From: Octopus sinensis
Taxonomy: Eukaryota
Reading direction: 5' to 3'
Assembly: GCF_006345805.1 (NCBI RefSeq)
Contig: NC_043024.1
Location: 12,214,001-12,278,000 of the forward strand
Length of the DNA stretch: 64,000 bases
Position 1 is the first letter of the stretch; every line of letters starts with the position of its first letter. Both the position numbers and the translations under genes were made by a program. Shown one piece after another: positions 11,521-25,060 of the stretch. The notes beneath the pieces were generated by a model. That model saw only the letters and a program-made list of their open reading frames with translations, was not told the DNA's origin and made no database searches.

Positions 11521-12317
11521 AACAGTTCAACAATATTTCCCTTACGGGGAAACCACAACATAAATTAACAATTCCTGCAAGCAGGCAACAAAACACTAAC
11601 CTTACAGTATGATAATAATTAACACACACTCCCAGTCAATGACAGCTCAAACACAAGGTTCTTGCTGATTTTGCTTTACCAAATTCTAGTATTTATAACT
11701 ATGAAAAATCAGCTAGAAGTATAGACATATTGTTGAGAACAATAGACTTTGTTGGGGGTCTGTCATCACTGTTCTAGCTTTTGGTGAAATAGAAGAGCTT
11801 AGAAGGGTCAAGTGGCAAAGATATTATTTTGCTTAGCAAAGGCATCTGGTAAAAATGTAACTGCTACCACTCTCAGAAAAACTATTGTTTTGGCGTGAGA
11901 AAAGTGGTGTTGGACTGTTAAGTGAAATTTGGCGATCAAGGATCGAATCCATGCCATGCCTGCATGAAGCTACTACAGACATGTATCAGAATAGATTGAC
12001 GAAAGGAAAAGTGGTTTATCACTGATTTATTCATGTGTCATTATTTGTCTCCCAAAACTTTGTTGAATTAGATGTATAATAATGGCTTGTATCTGTCGGC
12101 TGGTTTTATGTGGATGGAGGAGGGTAATAATGGTAAGGCACATGCTCCAGAAAAGTTAGAATGAGTCTCAATGAAGATGCTAGGAAGTGGTAGGCATAGA
12201 CTGTCAAAGAGTGAAGAAGGCACTGACTGAAAAACACCGAAGGAATTCAAATCATCCAAAAGTTAAAAGTAGATCAATAAAACAAGGAAAGTGAATGAGT
12301 TGACTAGAATATCACAT

Positions 12318-12492
12318 AAGATGCTGAGGAAGTTGATGGCTGAAGATGCTGAGGAAGTTAATGGCTGAAGATGCTGAGGAAGTTAACGGCTGAAGATGCT
12401 GAGGAAGTTAATGGCTGAAGATGCTGAGGAAGTTAACGGCTGAAGATGCTGAGGAAGTTGATGGCTGAAGATGCTGGAGAAGTTGACGGTTG
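12318..12492 (+). repeat. 25-bp minisatellite, 7 copies
   Basis: Unit aagatgctgaggaagtt(a/g)a(t/c)ggctg. Confidence 0.95.
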
Positions 12493-13149
12493 ACTCACAT
12501 TAATTTCTCAATGCGAATCCATGGAACAATGAAAAGAAGCTTGCAGAAACATTCGGACTGAAGTTGCAAATCCAGACTTGGTCCCTTCCTACACAGGCTG
12601 TATGTGGCCCTTTATGGTTTTGCATTTGTTTGACACATCTAATGCTATAATTATTGATTTCAAATTTTTGCAGGGAGTAAGTCAATTACATCAACCCAAG
12701 TGCTCAACTGGTGCTTAATTTATTGACCCCTGAAAGGATGAAAGGCAGAGTCGACCCTGGTGGAAATTGAACTCAATGCCATAATTATAGAAACATAACA
12801 ATTAAAATTTCATTTCTTTTTCTATCAGTCTGTCTATCTGTGGCAGTCACTCTCTCCCTCACCCCACCACTCTCTCTTTCTCTGTCTCACATATAATCAT
12901 GTTTTATCTCGATCAAAGTTTGATGGGACATCACACTGAGCATGAGGTTTGTTAAATTATTATTTCCATTTGTATTATGGCCTCGTTTATGTTGAAAATT
13001 GTTATCTCGTGAATGCACTTAACCTAGTGGTTGGGTTACATGTTATGTCCTTGATCCTGTACTCTATTTCATGTTTGTTTAGTCCAGTTGAAAATGGACC
13101 TCACTCAGGGCCTCACTCACAACCAGTCCACAAATCGTGTTAATAGAAG

Positions 13150-13560
13150 ATGTCAATGGCCCTTAAGAGCGAGGATACACAGAATGTTGATGATGCACTC
13201 TAAAGTTTCCAATATCTGTGACAGCCGAGAAAAATATTGGATTCGAAGCTGAATGCTAGTAATATAATTTCTGCAATGAACCCACACACAGCCACAGTAG
13301 TTCAGTATGGCTCTGGAATTGTAAAGTGGACAGAGAATGAGCTAAAGGAGTTGGACAAAAAGACAAGAAAGCTCCTAGCAATGCATGGAGCGCATCGTCC
13401 ATGTGCAGACTCTGATCACCTATACATGAAGAGAGTAAATGGAGGAAGGGGACTGATAAGTGTGGAAGACTGTAAACATATCGAACTTGACGGCTTAATG
13501 ACATACCTGTCCTAAAATATGGCAACTTTGCTTGTGTCAGTTAGGGATGAGGGCATGTTG
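13150..13560 (+). mobile_element. R4/Dong-type LINE fragment (post-RT region)
   Basis: KLNASNIISAMN..VVQYGSGIVKWTENELKELDKKTRKLLAMHGAH..DHLYMKRVNGGRGLISVEDC is typical of RLE-type LINE ORFs. Confidence 0.8.
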
Positions 13561-13698
13561 AAAGCAGAGAAAAAGGGAAAAAAGTATATAAAAAAAGGAC
13601 ATGAAGAAGCACAGTGCAACAAGGGATTAAACAATCTCTCTTTTCAGTACTCTTTTCGTCAGCAAGTTCCACTTGTTTTCCAGCAAATTCAGTTGTGG

Positions 13699-13753
<55 letters not shown>

Positions 13754-13756
<3 letters not shown>

Positions 13757-15012
13757 GGTGGGGAAGCAAAATTTACAATATTTTGAGGCAGGGATTGAAA
13801 AACATTGTATGACGAATTAGTTTATTGAAAGTCATGAGAATTTATTTGCCACAAGAAAATGTACATAATAGAAAATGTTTTTATTCTATGTGTCCTTCTT
13901 TCTCAATAACTGCCGTCACACGCTTCCTGAATCTTGTGCAAGTGTTCCTCAAATATTTGGGAGACAAAGTCTCCCATTCTTCTTTAATAGTATCTTTAAA
14001 AGAGTCGACATTACTGTGTGATGTTGTATTGGTAGCATGTTCTAAAACGCCCCAAATAGCATAATCCAGAGGGTTTAGATCTGGGCTAGAAGGTGGCCAT
14101 AAACATGATTCCAAAAAATTACTAAAGTTGGATTTCCAGAAATCTTGTATTTTTCTAGCTGTGTATGCTCGAGCACCATACTGTGTCCATACATAATTAC
14201 CATCTGGGTAGTTTGCTTTAAGCCATTGCAATAACTGGTATCTCAGAGTCTTGTACTAAGTATCAACATTGATATTTTCATCAGCTTTGTAGAATTTTAC
14301 ATGCACTTTCTTTCTATCGGAAGCCACAACACCAAATGCCATAACTTGAGCCGGATGTTTTGTTTTGAATGTCCCCTTAACCTCAGCTGTTGATTTTGCA
14401 ATAAATCTGTCATTTCTGCAGTTCACAACATCATCAACACTGAAGATCTTTTCATCTGAAAAGATCATTACAATGGAGGACTTTTTCTTGAACCATGTAA
14501 TAATTTTCTTGCACCTTTCCAATCTCTTTTCCTTCATAGCTGTTGTCAACAAGTGTTTTGGTGTTCTTGTGTAAGATTTTAACTTAGAATCATATTTTAC
14601 TGCATTTCTAATGGCCTTGTTGACTACCTCAAGTTCAATTGCCATTCTTCTCATGGATTTGGTTGGATCCTTTAGGATTTTGGTACGTTTTTGTTGATTC
14701 CTCCACTTCCAGACCTCCTCATAATAGCTTTGCTCATAGTCATTATATTATTTACATCATAAACAGTCTTTAAGGACACTCCAACTATTCTTGAAGTCTC
14801 CTTTGGTGTGACAAGTGCATTCAGCAAATCACACATTCTTTGACATTTCCTTTCCTGATTACTCATAAGGGCAAAAGTTTCTGAAAAGGTAAGGATAATA
14901 GTGTTAGGTATGATTATGACATCAATATATGCGAGGTTTCAAAACAATTGACTTTGTGTCTGCTGGGTAAAAACAACTTAATGTTCATTGTAAATTTTGC
15001 TTCCCCACCCTG
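13754..15012 (-). mobile_element. Full-length Tc1/mariner element of the DD37D (maT) type; transposase pseudogenised
   Basis: Perfect 26-bp TIRs CAGGGTGGGGAAGCAAAATTTACAAT flanked by TA. Fragments read MSNQERK.., FSDEKIFSVD, WTQYGARAYTA and WPPSSPDLNPLDY. There are 37 residues between the second catalytic position (D mutated to Y) and the third D. Confidence 0.92.
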
Positions 15013-15076
15013 TATATATATGTATGTATATATATATATATGTATGTATGTATATATATATATATATGTATGTATG

Positions 15077-15123
<47 letters not shown>

Positions 15124-15136
15124 ATGTATATATGTC

Positions 15137-15360
15137 TCTATATATATAAAACCGAGAATGTGTGTCTGTCTGTGTGTTTCCCTAAAACTTGAGAACTACA
15201 CAACCAATTTCATTCAAATTTTACTCGTGCCTTACTTAGGGTCCACGTAGTTTCATGGGCAAAAAAAATGTTCAACTTCTTGCCTAGAGCGAGCACATAG
15301 CAATATCATATCTTCTCCACTATTTCAGTATTACGTGTTAAAAGTGAAACAAAAACATTT
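15137..15360 (+). mobile_element. Possible non-autonomous Helitron-like 5' fragment
   Basis: Begins TCTATATATATAAAACC, then tgtctgtctgtg..ctaaaacttgagaactac..ccaatttcattcaaatttt, a pattern typical of Helitron/DINE 5' ends. Confidence 0.45.
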
Positions 15361-15544
15361 TTCTATTTTATGGCAGATACTTTCACTTTAACAATAAAAA
15401 TAATAATAACAATTGAATTATATGTAGTAAGTAATAATTAAAATCAAACTAAAGTATAATATAATCGTGACATAACAAAAGTAAAAATAGCAATTGGTAT
15501 AAAATTGCATCAATGACTTGAACTTGAATAAGTGGTTTCACATG

Positions 15545-18300
15545 AATGGACAGTTGGACAGTTTGACCGGGGTCTGGGAAGCCAGGGGCTGCACCAGGCT
15601 CCAGTCTGATCTGGCAGTGTTTCTACAGCTGGATGCCCTTCCTAACGCCAACCACTCCGCGAGTGTAGTGGGTGCTTTTTACATTGCCACCGGCACAGGT
15701 GCCAGTGGAGTCTGGCATCGGCCACAATCGGTTGGTGCTTTTAACGTGCCACCGGCATGGAAGCCAGCCAAGGCGGCACTGGCATCGGCCACGTTCGGAT
15801 GGTGCTTTTTATGTGCTACCGGCACAGAATCCAGTCGAGGCGGTGCTGGCAACGGCCACGTTCGGATGGTGTTTTTTTATGTGCCACCGGCACAGGTATC
15901 ACAACTACTATTTCCATTGATATTTTTTCGATGTTCATGTACATGTACTTGACTCAACAGGTGTCCTCAAGCACAGCGGGATGTTCTGGGATCCAAGGTA
16001 CTTTGAATGGGCAGGGGCTATGCGGAACTGCTGCAGGAAGCAGCCTGGGTCTTTGCAGTCACAGCACATCTCCAGAGATCTCGGTCCTTCGCCATTGCCT
16101 CAGTGAGATCCAACGCTCTGAGGTCATGCTTGACTACCTCATCCCATGTCTTCCTGGGTCTACCTCTCCCCCTGATTCATTCAACTGTTTGGGAGCGGCA
16201 CTTCTTCACACATCTCTCCTCATCCATCTGCAGTACATGACCATACCATCGCAAGCGTCACTCTTGCACACCACATCTGATGCTTCTTATGTCCAGCATT
16301 TCTCTCAGGGTGCTTACACTCTGTCGTGCATGCACACTGACATTACACATCCAGCGGATCATGCTAGCTTCATTTCTTTCAAGTCTACGCATGTCCTCTG
16401 CAGTCACAGCCCATGTTTCACTACCGTGAAGCATGACAGTTTGCACACATGCATCATACAATCTACCTTTCACTCTGAGTGAGAGACCCTTTGTCGCCAG
16501 TAGGGGTAGGAGCTTTCTAAACTTTGCCCAGGCTATTCGTATTCTAGTGGTGACACTCTCTGAGCATCCACCTCCACTACTAACTTGGTCACCCAGGTAG
16601 CGGAAACTATCGATTACTTCTAGTTTCTTCCCCTGGAGTGTGATGGAATCTGTTTTCTGAGTATTTGTGATGTCTATTGTACCTGTGCATCTGCCGCACT
16701 TGAAAGCTATCTTATCAGTTAATTTCCCTTTGATGTTGCTGCACCTCTTATGCGTCCATAGCTTACATTGGGTGCATCTTACGGAGTTTCTACCTACACC
16801 TTTCCTACAGATCGAGCAGGGCCACCTGCCCGATGGGGTGTGTGCTGAGTTCGCCTTTCTGCTTACTATAACTTTGGTCTTTGCTACATTTACTCTAAGG
16901 CCCTTTGATTCCACACCCGAAATTTCTTTTCTAGTTCCAGTAGTGATTCTGCTATGAGAGCCAGGTCATCAGCATAGAGGAGCTCCCAGGGGCAACCTGT
17001 TTTGAATTCCTGTTATTGCCTGGAGGACTATGATGAATAAAAGGGGACTGAGGGGTGGGCCTTGGTGTACACCTACTTCTACCCGGAATTCTTCACTATA
17101 ATCGTTGCCAATCCTAACCTTGATGACAGCCTCTCTGTATAGGGCCTGTACAGCCCTTATTAGCCATTCGTCAATCTCCAGTTTCCACATCGACCACCAG
17201 ATAAGGGATCGGGGGACCCTGTCAAAGGCTTTCTTCAAGTCCACAAAAGCTATGTAGAGTGGTTTATCTTTAGCTAGGTACTTCTCCTGCAGTTGCCGGA
17301 CCAGGAATATAGCATCAGTGGTGCTTCTACCTGGCACAAAACCGAACTGCATCACATCTAAGCAAATTCTCTCCCTAATGAGATGGGTTATGACCCTCTC
17401 TGTGACCTTCATCACCTGATCCAACAGTTTAACACCCCAGTAGTTATTTCTATCTAGAGCATCACCCTTACCCTTGTAGCAGTTGACTATGGTGCTGCTA
17501 TGCCAGTCTTTGGGTATGACTCCATTATGAACTACCTGGTTTACAATACGGGTGACTAGGCCATAGCCCACATAACCAGCTGTTTTAAGCATCTCAGCAG
17601 TGATTCCTGATGGGCCGGGGGCTTTACCTGGTTTCATACCCTTAATTGCCTTAACTACAAGGGAGCTGTCTATTTGGATAGCTGGTCCCTCTACTGGGTC
17701 AACATTTGGCAGGCTCTCCTCCTCCCATTCATTCTCCACATTCAGCAGTCTTTCATAATGGCTTCTCCAAGCCTCTTGCTTTTCACCAACATTAAAAGCA
17801 AGTGCTCTATCATCCATGCGGACACATTTCTCTCCTGTAACATCACTATTTTCTCTCACACACTGTTTAGCGATCCGAAATACCTGTTCTTTGGTCCTCA
17901 TGTCGATGGACATTGGCAAACTTCTTCTTTTCTGCTATATCTTTGGCTATGTATACCTGCCGCCTGGCCTCCCTTTTGGCTACTTGGTACAGTTCCATGC
18001 TACCCCCATCCCTCCAGGCTTTCCAGGCCTGTTTCTTTGCACTAATGGCTTTGTCTACTGCACTATTCCACCACCACGTAACTCTAGGTCTGGAAGTGAC
18101 TTTGCACCATCCACAGACTTGGTCTGTGGCACTCAGCAAGCTGTCCCGTTGGAATTTCCAGCTACCTTCTATGTCCGACGTCTGTAGCTCCTCCTCCCTC
18201 TCATCAAATTTCTTGATGAGGATGTCCCTAAATCTCTGACCATGTGAAGGGTTCTTTAGCTTCCAAATCCTTCTTTTCTGGATTCCAAATCCTTCTTTTC
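15545..18300 (-). mobile_element. RTE-clade LINE, longest copy in the window (RT domain, C-terminus, 3' UTR); disrupted
   Basis: ORFs 16969-17919 (KAPGPSGI, QFGFVPGRSTTDAIF, AFVDLKKAFDRVP, GVHQG..LSPLLF) and 16258-16914, with the 3' tail at 15545-15900. Confidence 0.95.
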
Positions 18301-18302
18301 TG

Positions 18303-18479
18303 GATATATATATATATATGTGTGTGTATATATATATGTTTATATATATATATATATATATGTGTGTATATATATATATATGTATGTGTATATATATATG
18401 TATGTATGTGTATATATGTATGTATGTATGTATGTATATATATATATACACACACACACACATATATATACACACATAT

Positions 18480-18530
<51 letters not shown>
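18303..18530. repeat. (TA)n/(TG)n/(TATG)n microsatellite
   Basis: Directly visible. Confidence 0.95.
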
Positions 18531-18532
<2 letters not shown>

Positions 18533-18990
18533 TGGGGCCACTGCTGTTCATAGTGGCCCTTTCAGACATGCCCTCAGTTGCTAAGATGGCCACTCTTGCT
18601 AGCTATGCAGATGACACAAAAGTCTCTCACACAATACAAAACCCTGGAAATATTGCACATCTGCAATGGGAGTTGGATACAATATACAGGTGGGCTGAGG
18701 ACAACAACATGCAGTTTAATGCAGAGAAATTCCAAGCCCTGCACTACCTGACACAAAGGTGAACGACATACAGACCGGATACACTGGCCTGGGAAAAAAT
18801 TGTAATTCCTGAGTCACAATCAGTGCGTGACCTGGGCATTTACATGAGCAATGAAGCATCTTTCCAAATGCATATTACTAACCTGGTGATAAAATGCAGA
18901 TGGCTAGCTGGATGGATTCTCCAAACTTTCAGAACAAGAGAGAAGGAGACACTGTTGATCCTTTGGAAGACATTCGTCCAGCCAGAGGGA
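18530..18990 (+). mobile_element. CR1/L2-group LINE RT fragment
   Basis: [42 protein letters not shown] and VRDLGIYMSNEASFQMHI. Confidence 0.9.
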
Positions 18991-20545
18991 AGAGAGAGAG
19001 AGAAGCAGTAAAACCTTGATATATGTTTCTCTCCCTATTTCTCATGAGCCTTGGATTCTTTCTCTATCCCTGCATGCATTCATTTACTCATTGCCTGCTG
19101 GGCATTCATCTTGCCATGGCTCTAATGTCGACTCTCTCTGTATTTCTATTATCCTCTCATTTCTCCTCTCTCTATACAATGTAGAGCATGACTGAAGAAA
19201 CCAACCAATCAGTCAATCAATCAACCAAACGACCGACCAACTATCTGCTTTATTTATTCAAAATTATTAATATTTATCGCCAAGCTTACATGGCAGTCCA
19301 GATAAATAGGACGAATGCTGTCGTTGATTAGCTCCAATTGGCCATCGCCTCTAGCTAGCTATGTGACACACAAACCTGTATCCATTATAACCTTCAAACA
19401 GGGGAGGTCAGCAGCTTCCCCTTGCTGGTCTGGCATCCACAGACTAGTTTTGAGGTGTTTGTCTCTTATCAATATGGAATCCAGCACACATCGCTGCTGA
19501 CCGACTGTTCGAGGGATTGTTTACCTAAATTCAGTGGAATACATCCACTGGTTTTCAAAAATCAAAATATCATTATTTCTATATTTAAAATTATTATATA
19601 GAAATATGTAATAATCTGTTTAAACCAGATGAAAGGAGTAATGTAACCTACATTCCCATGTAGGTTTTTAATGATGAGGTCAACGCCCTAGCTATGACAC
19701 CCCATCTTCTGTCTATGTAATAATAGTTTATATATACTATTATAGAACAGATGCATAATAACCTACATTTAAAACAACAACCAAAAGAAATGACATAATC
19801 TGTTAATATTGTTTACGCTTATTTTTTACTAGTTTTAGTCATTGGACTGTGTCCATGCTGGAGCACTACCTCGAACAGCTTTACTGAACAAATTTCCAGA
19901 ACTTCTATTTTAAGCTTGGTACTTATTCAATTGGTCTCTTATTGGCGAAACCACCAAGTTGTGAGAACAGAAATATTGATACTTTGATACAATTGAGCAC
20001 TCAATATAAATTCAGTATATAATATTCTCACACGTACATACAAAATAGATGTATGCATATGTATTTTTGTATGTACGTATAGATAACAACACACCCCTTT
20101 ACTCTCTCTCTCTCACACACACACAAACACACATACATAAATGTTGACAAACGTACGTACAAAAACCAAACGTGTGCGTGTGTGACTGCCAACAAATACA
20201 TAGATATTGAACATGGCGTGCAAGTTGTGGAATTTAACAAAGTGTGCGGGTTCAAGCGAAACAATCTCTGTAAGGTAATAATACCCTATCCTTATCTTTC
20301 TTATCATTTATTGACATCACTTCATATATCTTGATTAACAAGTCATCGACATTGCTCAAATATTTTCCAGCATTTATCTCTTTTATACATACTGTAATGC
20401 TTCAAGCAAATTAAAATACACCTTTACACAGTGTGTGTATATGCGTGAGCATACGTTTTTATGTGTGTTTAAATATAAGTGTATATTCTTATGGATATAT
20501 ACGTGTCTCAATACAAACGTGTGTGTATATAGTTATGTTTATGTT

Positions 20546-21330
20546 CAGGGTGTTCGAGCTAAATTTGACAGTTTGCGTAAAACGAAAAGAAAACTAATAG
20601 TCACTTCCCAAATTTAAAGTATTATAAAAAAAAAAGCCAAAATCTTAATCAAAACGGTTGTGGCTGGGATAAAAATTTCCTCAAAATGACCGCCCTCGGC
20701 TTCCACAACAGCCTCAAAATGGACCAGGAACCTAGCGCATGTGTTCCTCAATATGTCACAAGGAAAATCTCTGAAAACCTCCTTGATCTTGACCACCTAC
20801 TCAGCCTTGGTGTTGCAGAAAGAGCTGTTGGAGTCTTTTTCAACCACACCTCACACATAATAACCCATGGGACTATCAGGGGAATTTAGAGGCCAGAAAT
20901 TGGGGCTGGATGAAGTAGAAATTCTCCGACAACCCCCTCCGACCCTTCCCGGAGGTATGGCAAGGAGCAGAATCCTGTCGCCTTCCAGCAGCAACTCTCT
21001 CCAGCAGGCTTTGACCACAGCCTCCAGCAGCTTCACATAGCCATCTGGGCAAACCCTAAAGCTCTTTTCAAATGTGTGGGGCGATATCACGTCACCCTCA
21101 ATGGAGACACTTGGTTTTCATGTTACATGAGACATCCCATTGGTTGTAGGCAGGTCATCTGGTCTGGATGTTGTGCAACTGGACATGGCAGAAGTTATTT
21201 TTGTATGAGAAGATCCAAATCATCCCCGGCTCAACAAGATGCATCAGTTTGACCAGAAGACCAGACTTTCCAATCAACAAGCTTTCATGTCCATTTTCTG
21301 TGGATACGAGCGAATGATTTTAGAACTTGC
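20546..21330 (-). mobile_element. Decayed Tc1/maT-like transposon
   Basis: One TIR-like end (cagggtgttcgagc). Transposase relics read SPNFWPLNSPDSPMGYYV and LRNTCARFLVHFEAVVEAEGGHFE. Confidence 0.75.
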
Positions 21331-22299
21331 CCCTTGCGCCTCGTGTACGAGTAGTGAAGGTCTTCTTTTAGAGCGAGCTTCATAGTCGCAACTCCAACAC
21401 CCATCTCTCTCGCCAAAGCTCAGATTCCTTTGCTTATTTCTTTGAAGAAAAATTCCCAGAATTTCTATACATTTCTCAAACAAATTGCTGAAATTTATCA
21501 ACACTAAACTCTACCTTCTCCTCCTTAATAGCTTTGAAGTACAAGATCACGATGCCATTGTGAAAAAGATCAAATCTGAGTTCTTGACCTGTGTGTGCAC
21601 GAAAACAGCGGCAAAGGCATACACAAGTATGCCACACCAGAAACCATTTTCACAGCTTTCTTCAAATTATGCCAATGTGATCTTTTCGCTCGAACACTGT
21701 TGTATGTTAAAGTTCCCGTGTACTATACCTGGGCACACAATAAATGGATCAGATGCAAGCAAATAGCTTGCGTTGAGGGCTGGGAACAAGTATTTAACAG
21801 AACGGGCACTTGAAATCCAGTTTGATGAAGAGGCTACAGAGGAGCACCAAAAGCTTTATTGCGCCAGTTTGTAAATGCTTCTAGAAACAGTTTGCAACCG
21901 TGGTAATCCATATTTCGCATTCTTACTTATATTATTATTTGTAGTTTCAGAAATGAGCACTCGAGTACTTGTTCCAACTCCATCTTAAACTTTTTTCTTA
22001 ATGCTGGAATGGCGAATCGTGCTTCCACTGCATTCGGTGCTGGTTCGTGATCATGACTATTGATTGTTGAAATAATTATAGGTTTACCTGCTTTATTCTC
22101 TGTATGAACACAAACACGACATGTATTGCGAATCTCACAGCGCTACAGATTCCATGTCTCATCGGAACTAAACTTATGAAAGTCGTAAACATAAGTTCAT
22201 CAATCAATTTGTCTTTGTTTTTCTCACTTTTTAAATATTTTGCCGTCATATTGGGGTTTCTTAAAATTGGAAATATTTATTATCCTGTGGACGAACGAA

Positions 22300-23600
22300 C
22301 TCAATTGTGGACAAAATGACCGGAAAACGATTTGAAAAATTGTCTTGGACCAAATTTAGATTGATGAAATCAGTAAAATATGTTACCCTTTACTTAGAAA
22401 AGGAAATTAGGGTTTGCATCAGAGGGGTCAATGGGAAAGGAACTAAAACGAAAGGAAAAAAAATTAAACTATGTAGAAACCCTGGATTATGTTCCCTTGA
22501 TTGGGGATTATCTAATTACTAAAGCAAAGCATTAAGGATGAGGAAATTTAGATAAGTTTTATAAAGGTAGTACGGTAAATTTTAAGGCTCTACCATGCTT
22601 GCATCTTATATACACGATCTAATGAGGAATAATGAGAGTTATTCTCTGGAATGGTCAATTATTTCGAGAGCCCCTTCCTTCAGAGTATATATAAATCATT
22701 GTAAGTTGTGTGTAAAAGAATCCCTTGTCATCCTTAAGTCTTTTGGGCCAAAAATTTTGAATAGATTTACTGAGGTGACCCCTTTTTGCAACAATAAGTT
22801 TTCCTCCACCTTTTTACAAGTGTATAGAAATAAAAGTAGATGTAATAAAATTGTGTAGCGTTACGGGGATTTGAAACCGGCGAGGTTGAATTTCTGTTAA
22901 CTACAGCCACCTAAATATTTAGCGATAGACTTTTTTTTTCAGTAGAAAATTTGGACTGGTCTGTCTATTAAAGTATATAAGCTTTTCATTAACCGTATAA
23001 GCTTTTCTGTTGGTTTCTGAGGTGGGGGTCATCGCTGTGTTGCACTTTAGTGTAAACTGCAGTGGTGACCCGAAATGGCCATAGATTATATGTGAATGTT
23101 GAATTTGACCTTTTGGATGTACCTGTGTGGAGAGATTAAAGGACTTTATTTTAATTTTTCAAGATGTCTGTGAATTTGACCCGTGGAAGTTTGTTTATTT
23201 CGGAACTTTGGACGTACTCGTATGAGGTAAGTAAAAGACTTTTGTCAAATATTTTAAAAATATTTTATTCGTCTGATAAAGCTTTTTTTTGATACTACTT
23301 AAGAGCAGTGGTCCCGGTGCGCGCACTCGCGTATCCGCGCTAGCTAGTCATGACTAGTCGATCCTTACTTTGAGTTTTTGTGTTTTATTTACTTTGTTTA
23401 ACAAAATTTATTTACTTTGTTTAACAAAAATTATTTACTTTGTATTTCATTTACTTTGCTAGGTAGTCGTTGGATGTTTATTTTATTTTTACCTTATTTT
23501 ATATTTGTCTTAGATTTTTGGTTGTTTTTGAATTTTTAGCCCTTTATACATTTTTGATAGGCCGTTTTATTTATATTTTATTCGATTATATATTTTTACC
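22300..23600 (+). mobile_element. Penelope-like element 3' portion (GIY-YIG C-terminus plus downstream pLTR)
   Basis: LASYIHDL..YSLEWSIISRA..CKLCVKE..ILNRFTE..C resembles PLE GIY-YIG endonuclease C-termini. A degenerate hammerhead motif lies at 23012-23088. Confidence 0.7.
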
Positions 23601-23742
23601 TTCTGTGATTTTATGTATATGTATTATTTTTATGTATTTAGGAACCATGGTGACTTTTATATACGATTAAATGTTTGTGGGGTGATGTTGTATGTAAAGT
23701 CATTGGCCCAAATTTAAAGTTTGTTCTATAACCAATGCTCTT

Positions 23743-23818
<76 letters not shown>

Positions 23819-24064
23819 CGTTCACGTAACATTTATGTAAATAATGATATTTTGAAAACAGAAGTGTTTAATATCTAATTTCATCTGTATATATGTGTGT
23901 GTGTGCGTGCGCATTTGTGAGAAACTGATAAATACAATTTATGTCAAAACTTCGGAGTTTATCAGCATCTCTCTCACTGGCACTCTTTCCCATTCTGTCT
24001 GTTGTTTTACTCTTCTTTCTTGGGATACTGGAAGGTTTACTTGTGGAAACTCCTAGAAGCTTGT

Positions 24065-25060
24065 TCACCGGTCCTTTTTCCTTAGTACAATTAATTTGTC
24101 ATGTGTAGTACAACACTTCGACAGTTGTAGCAAACAATAACAGACTGGGTCAAATTTTGCAGGAAGCTCCCTCAGGTGCAAGTCAAGCCTGTTTTTGAAG
24201 GCATTGACCGATGGAGCTGCGACCACACTGTTCCAGGTGGCGGTCACACGCTGTACGAAAAGGCAGCTTCTAATGTTGAGCCTGCATTGTGATCTTTCGC
24301 GTATACTTATACATGTTGATCCTATTCCCCCTGAGACGGCGATGTTCGAGACGAGGCAGGTTTAGTGCAGCCAAGCGCTCTGGGGGTATAGCTTTCTTTC
24401 AAGGATGCAATGAGTTTGGTGGCACACCTCTGAACATCCTTCATCTCACAATACAATGCCTTATGCCGGGGTTGCCAAAGCGTGTGTCCATATTCAAGAA
24501 TCGGGCGAAATAGAGACTTGCACAGCTGGATGAAGACAACAGGGGTGATGAAGTCAAATGATCGTCGGATGACTCCAAGGATTCGATTTGCTTTTGCAGT
24601 CGCTTGGTTTATGTGGTTCCTGAAGGTCAGCCCTTTGTCGATCAAGACGCCCTTCCACCTCACTTTCTGCTAGCTCCACCACAGTCCGTCTTCGGGTTCT
24701 CCACTCTCAAGACGGAACCACATTTGCCGGTTCATCGACCACTCGCGAAGGCGATCCAGGTTATCTTGTAGCGTTGTCATGGTCACATCAACGTTACTCC
24801 TTGCGAAGATCTTTGTGTCGTCAGCAAATAACCTGACGTGGCTCTGGACATGCCAAGGCAGATCGTTTATATACATGAGAAACAGTCCTGGGCCAATGAC
24901 ACTGCATTGTGGGATGTCACTCACACCGTTGACACAGACCCATTGTGACCAGTGGCTCAAGAAGTCCTGGATCCACTGAAGGACATTTTCCTTGATACTG
25001 TGAGCTTCTGCTTTGGCTACAAGACTACAATGTGGGACGATGTCGAACGCTTTCATGTTT
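24065..25060 (-). mobile_element. CR1-group LINE 3' fragment
   Basis: KAFDIVPH, IGPGLFLMYINDL, VRLFADDTKIF, KANRILGVIRRSF, RPILEYG and VVAAPSVNAFKNRLD. Confidence 0.92.

Noticed and set aside
20195-20280. AACATGGCG (YY1/Kozak-like) with a downstream AAG|GTAATA donor as a first coding exon
   Set aside because: No downstream + strand exon was found and the peptide is unrecognisable; such short motifs are expected by chance.
21400-21960. Possible hAT/other DNA-transposon coding relic
   Set aside because: Only a vague FTNWRNKAF similarity, with multiple stops and no TIRs; the family cannot be supported.
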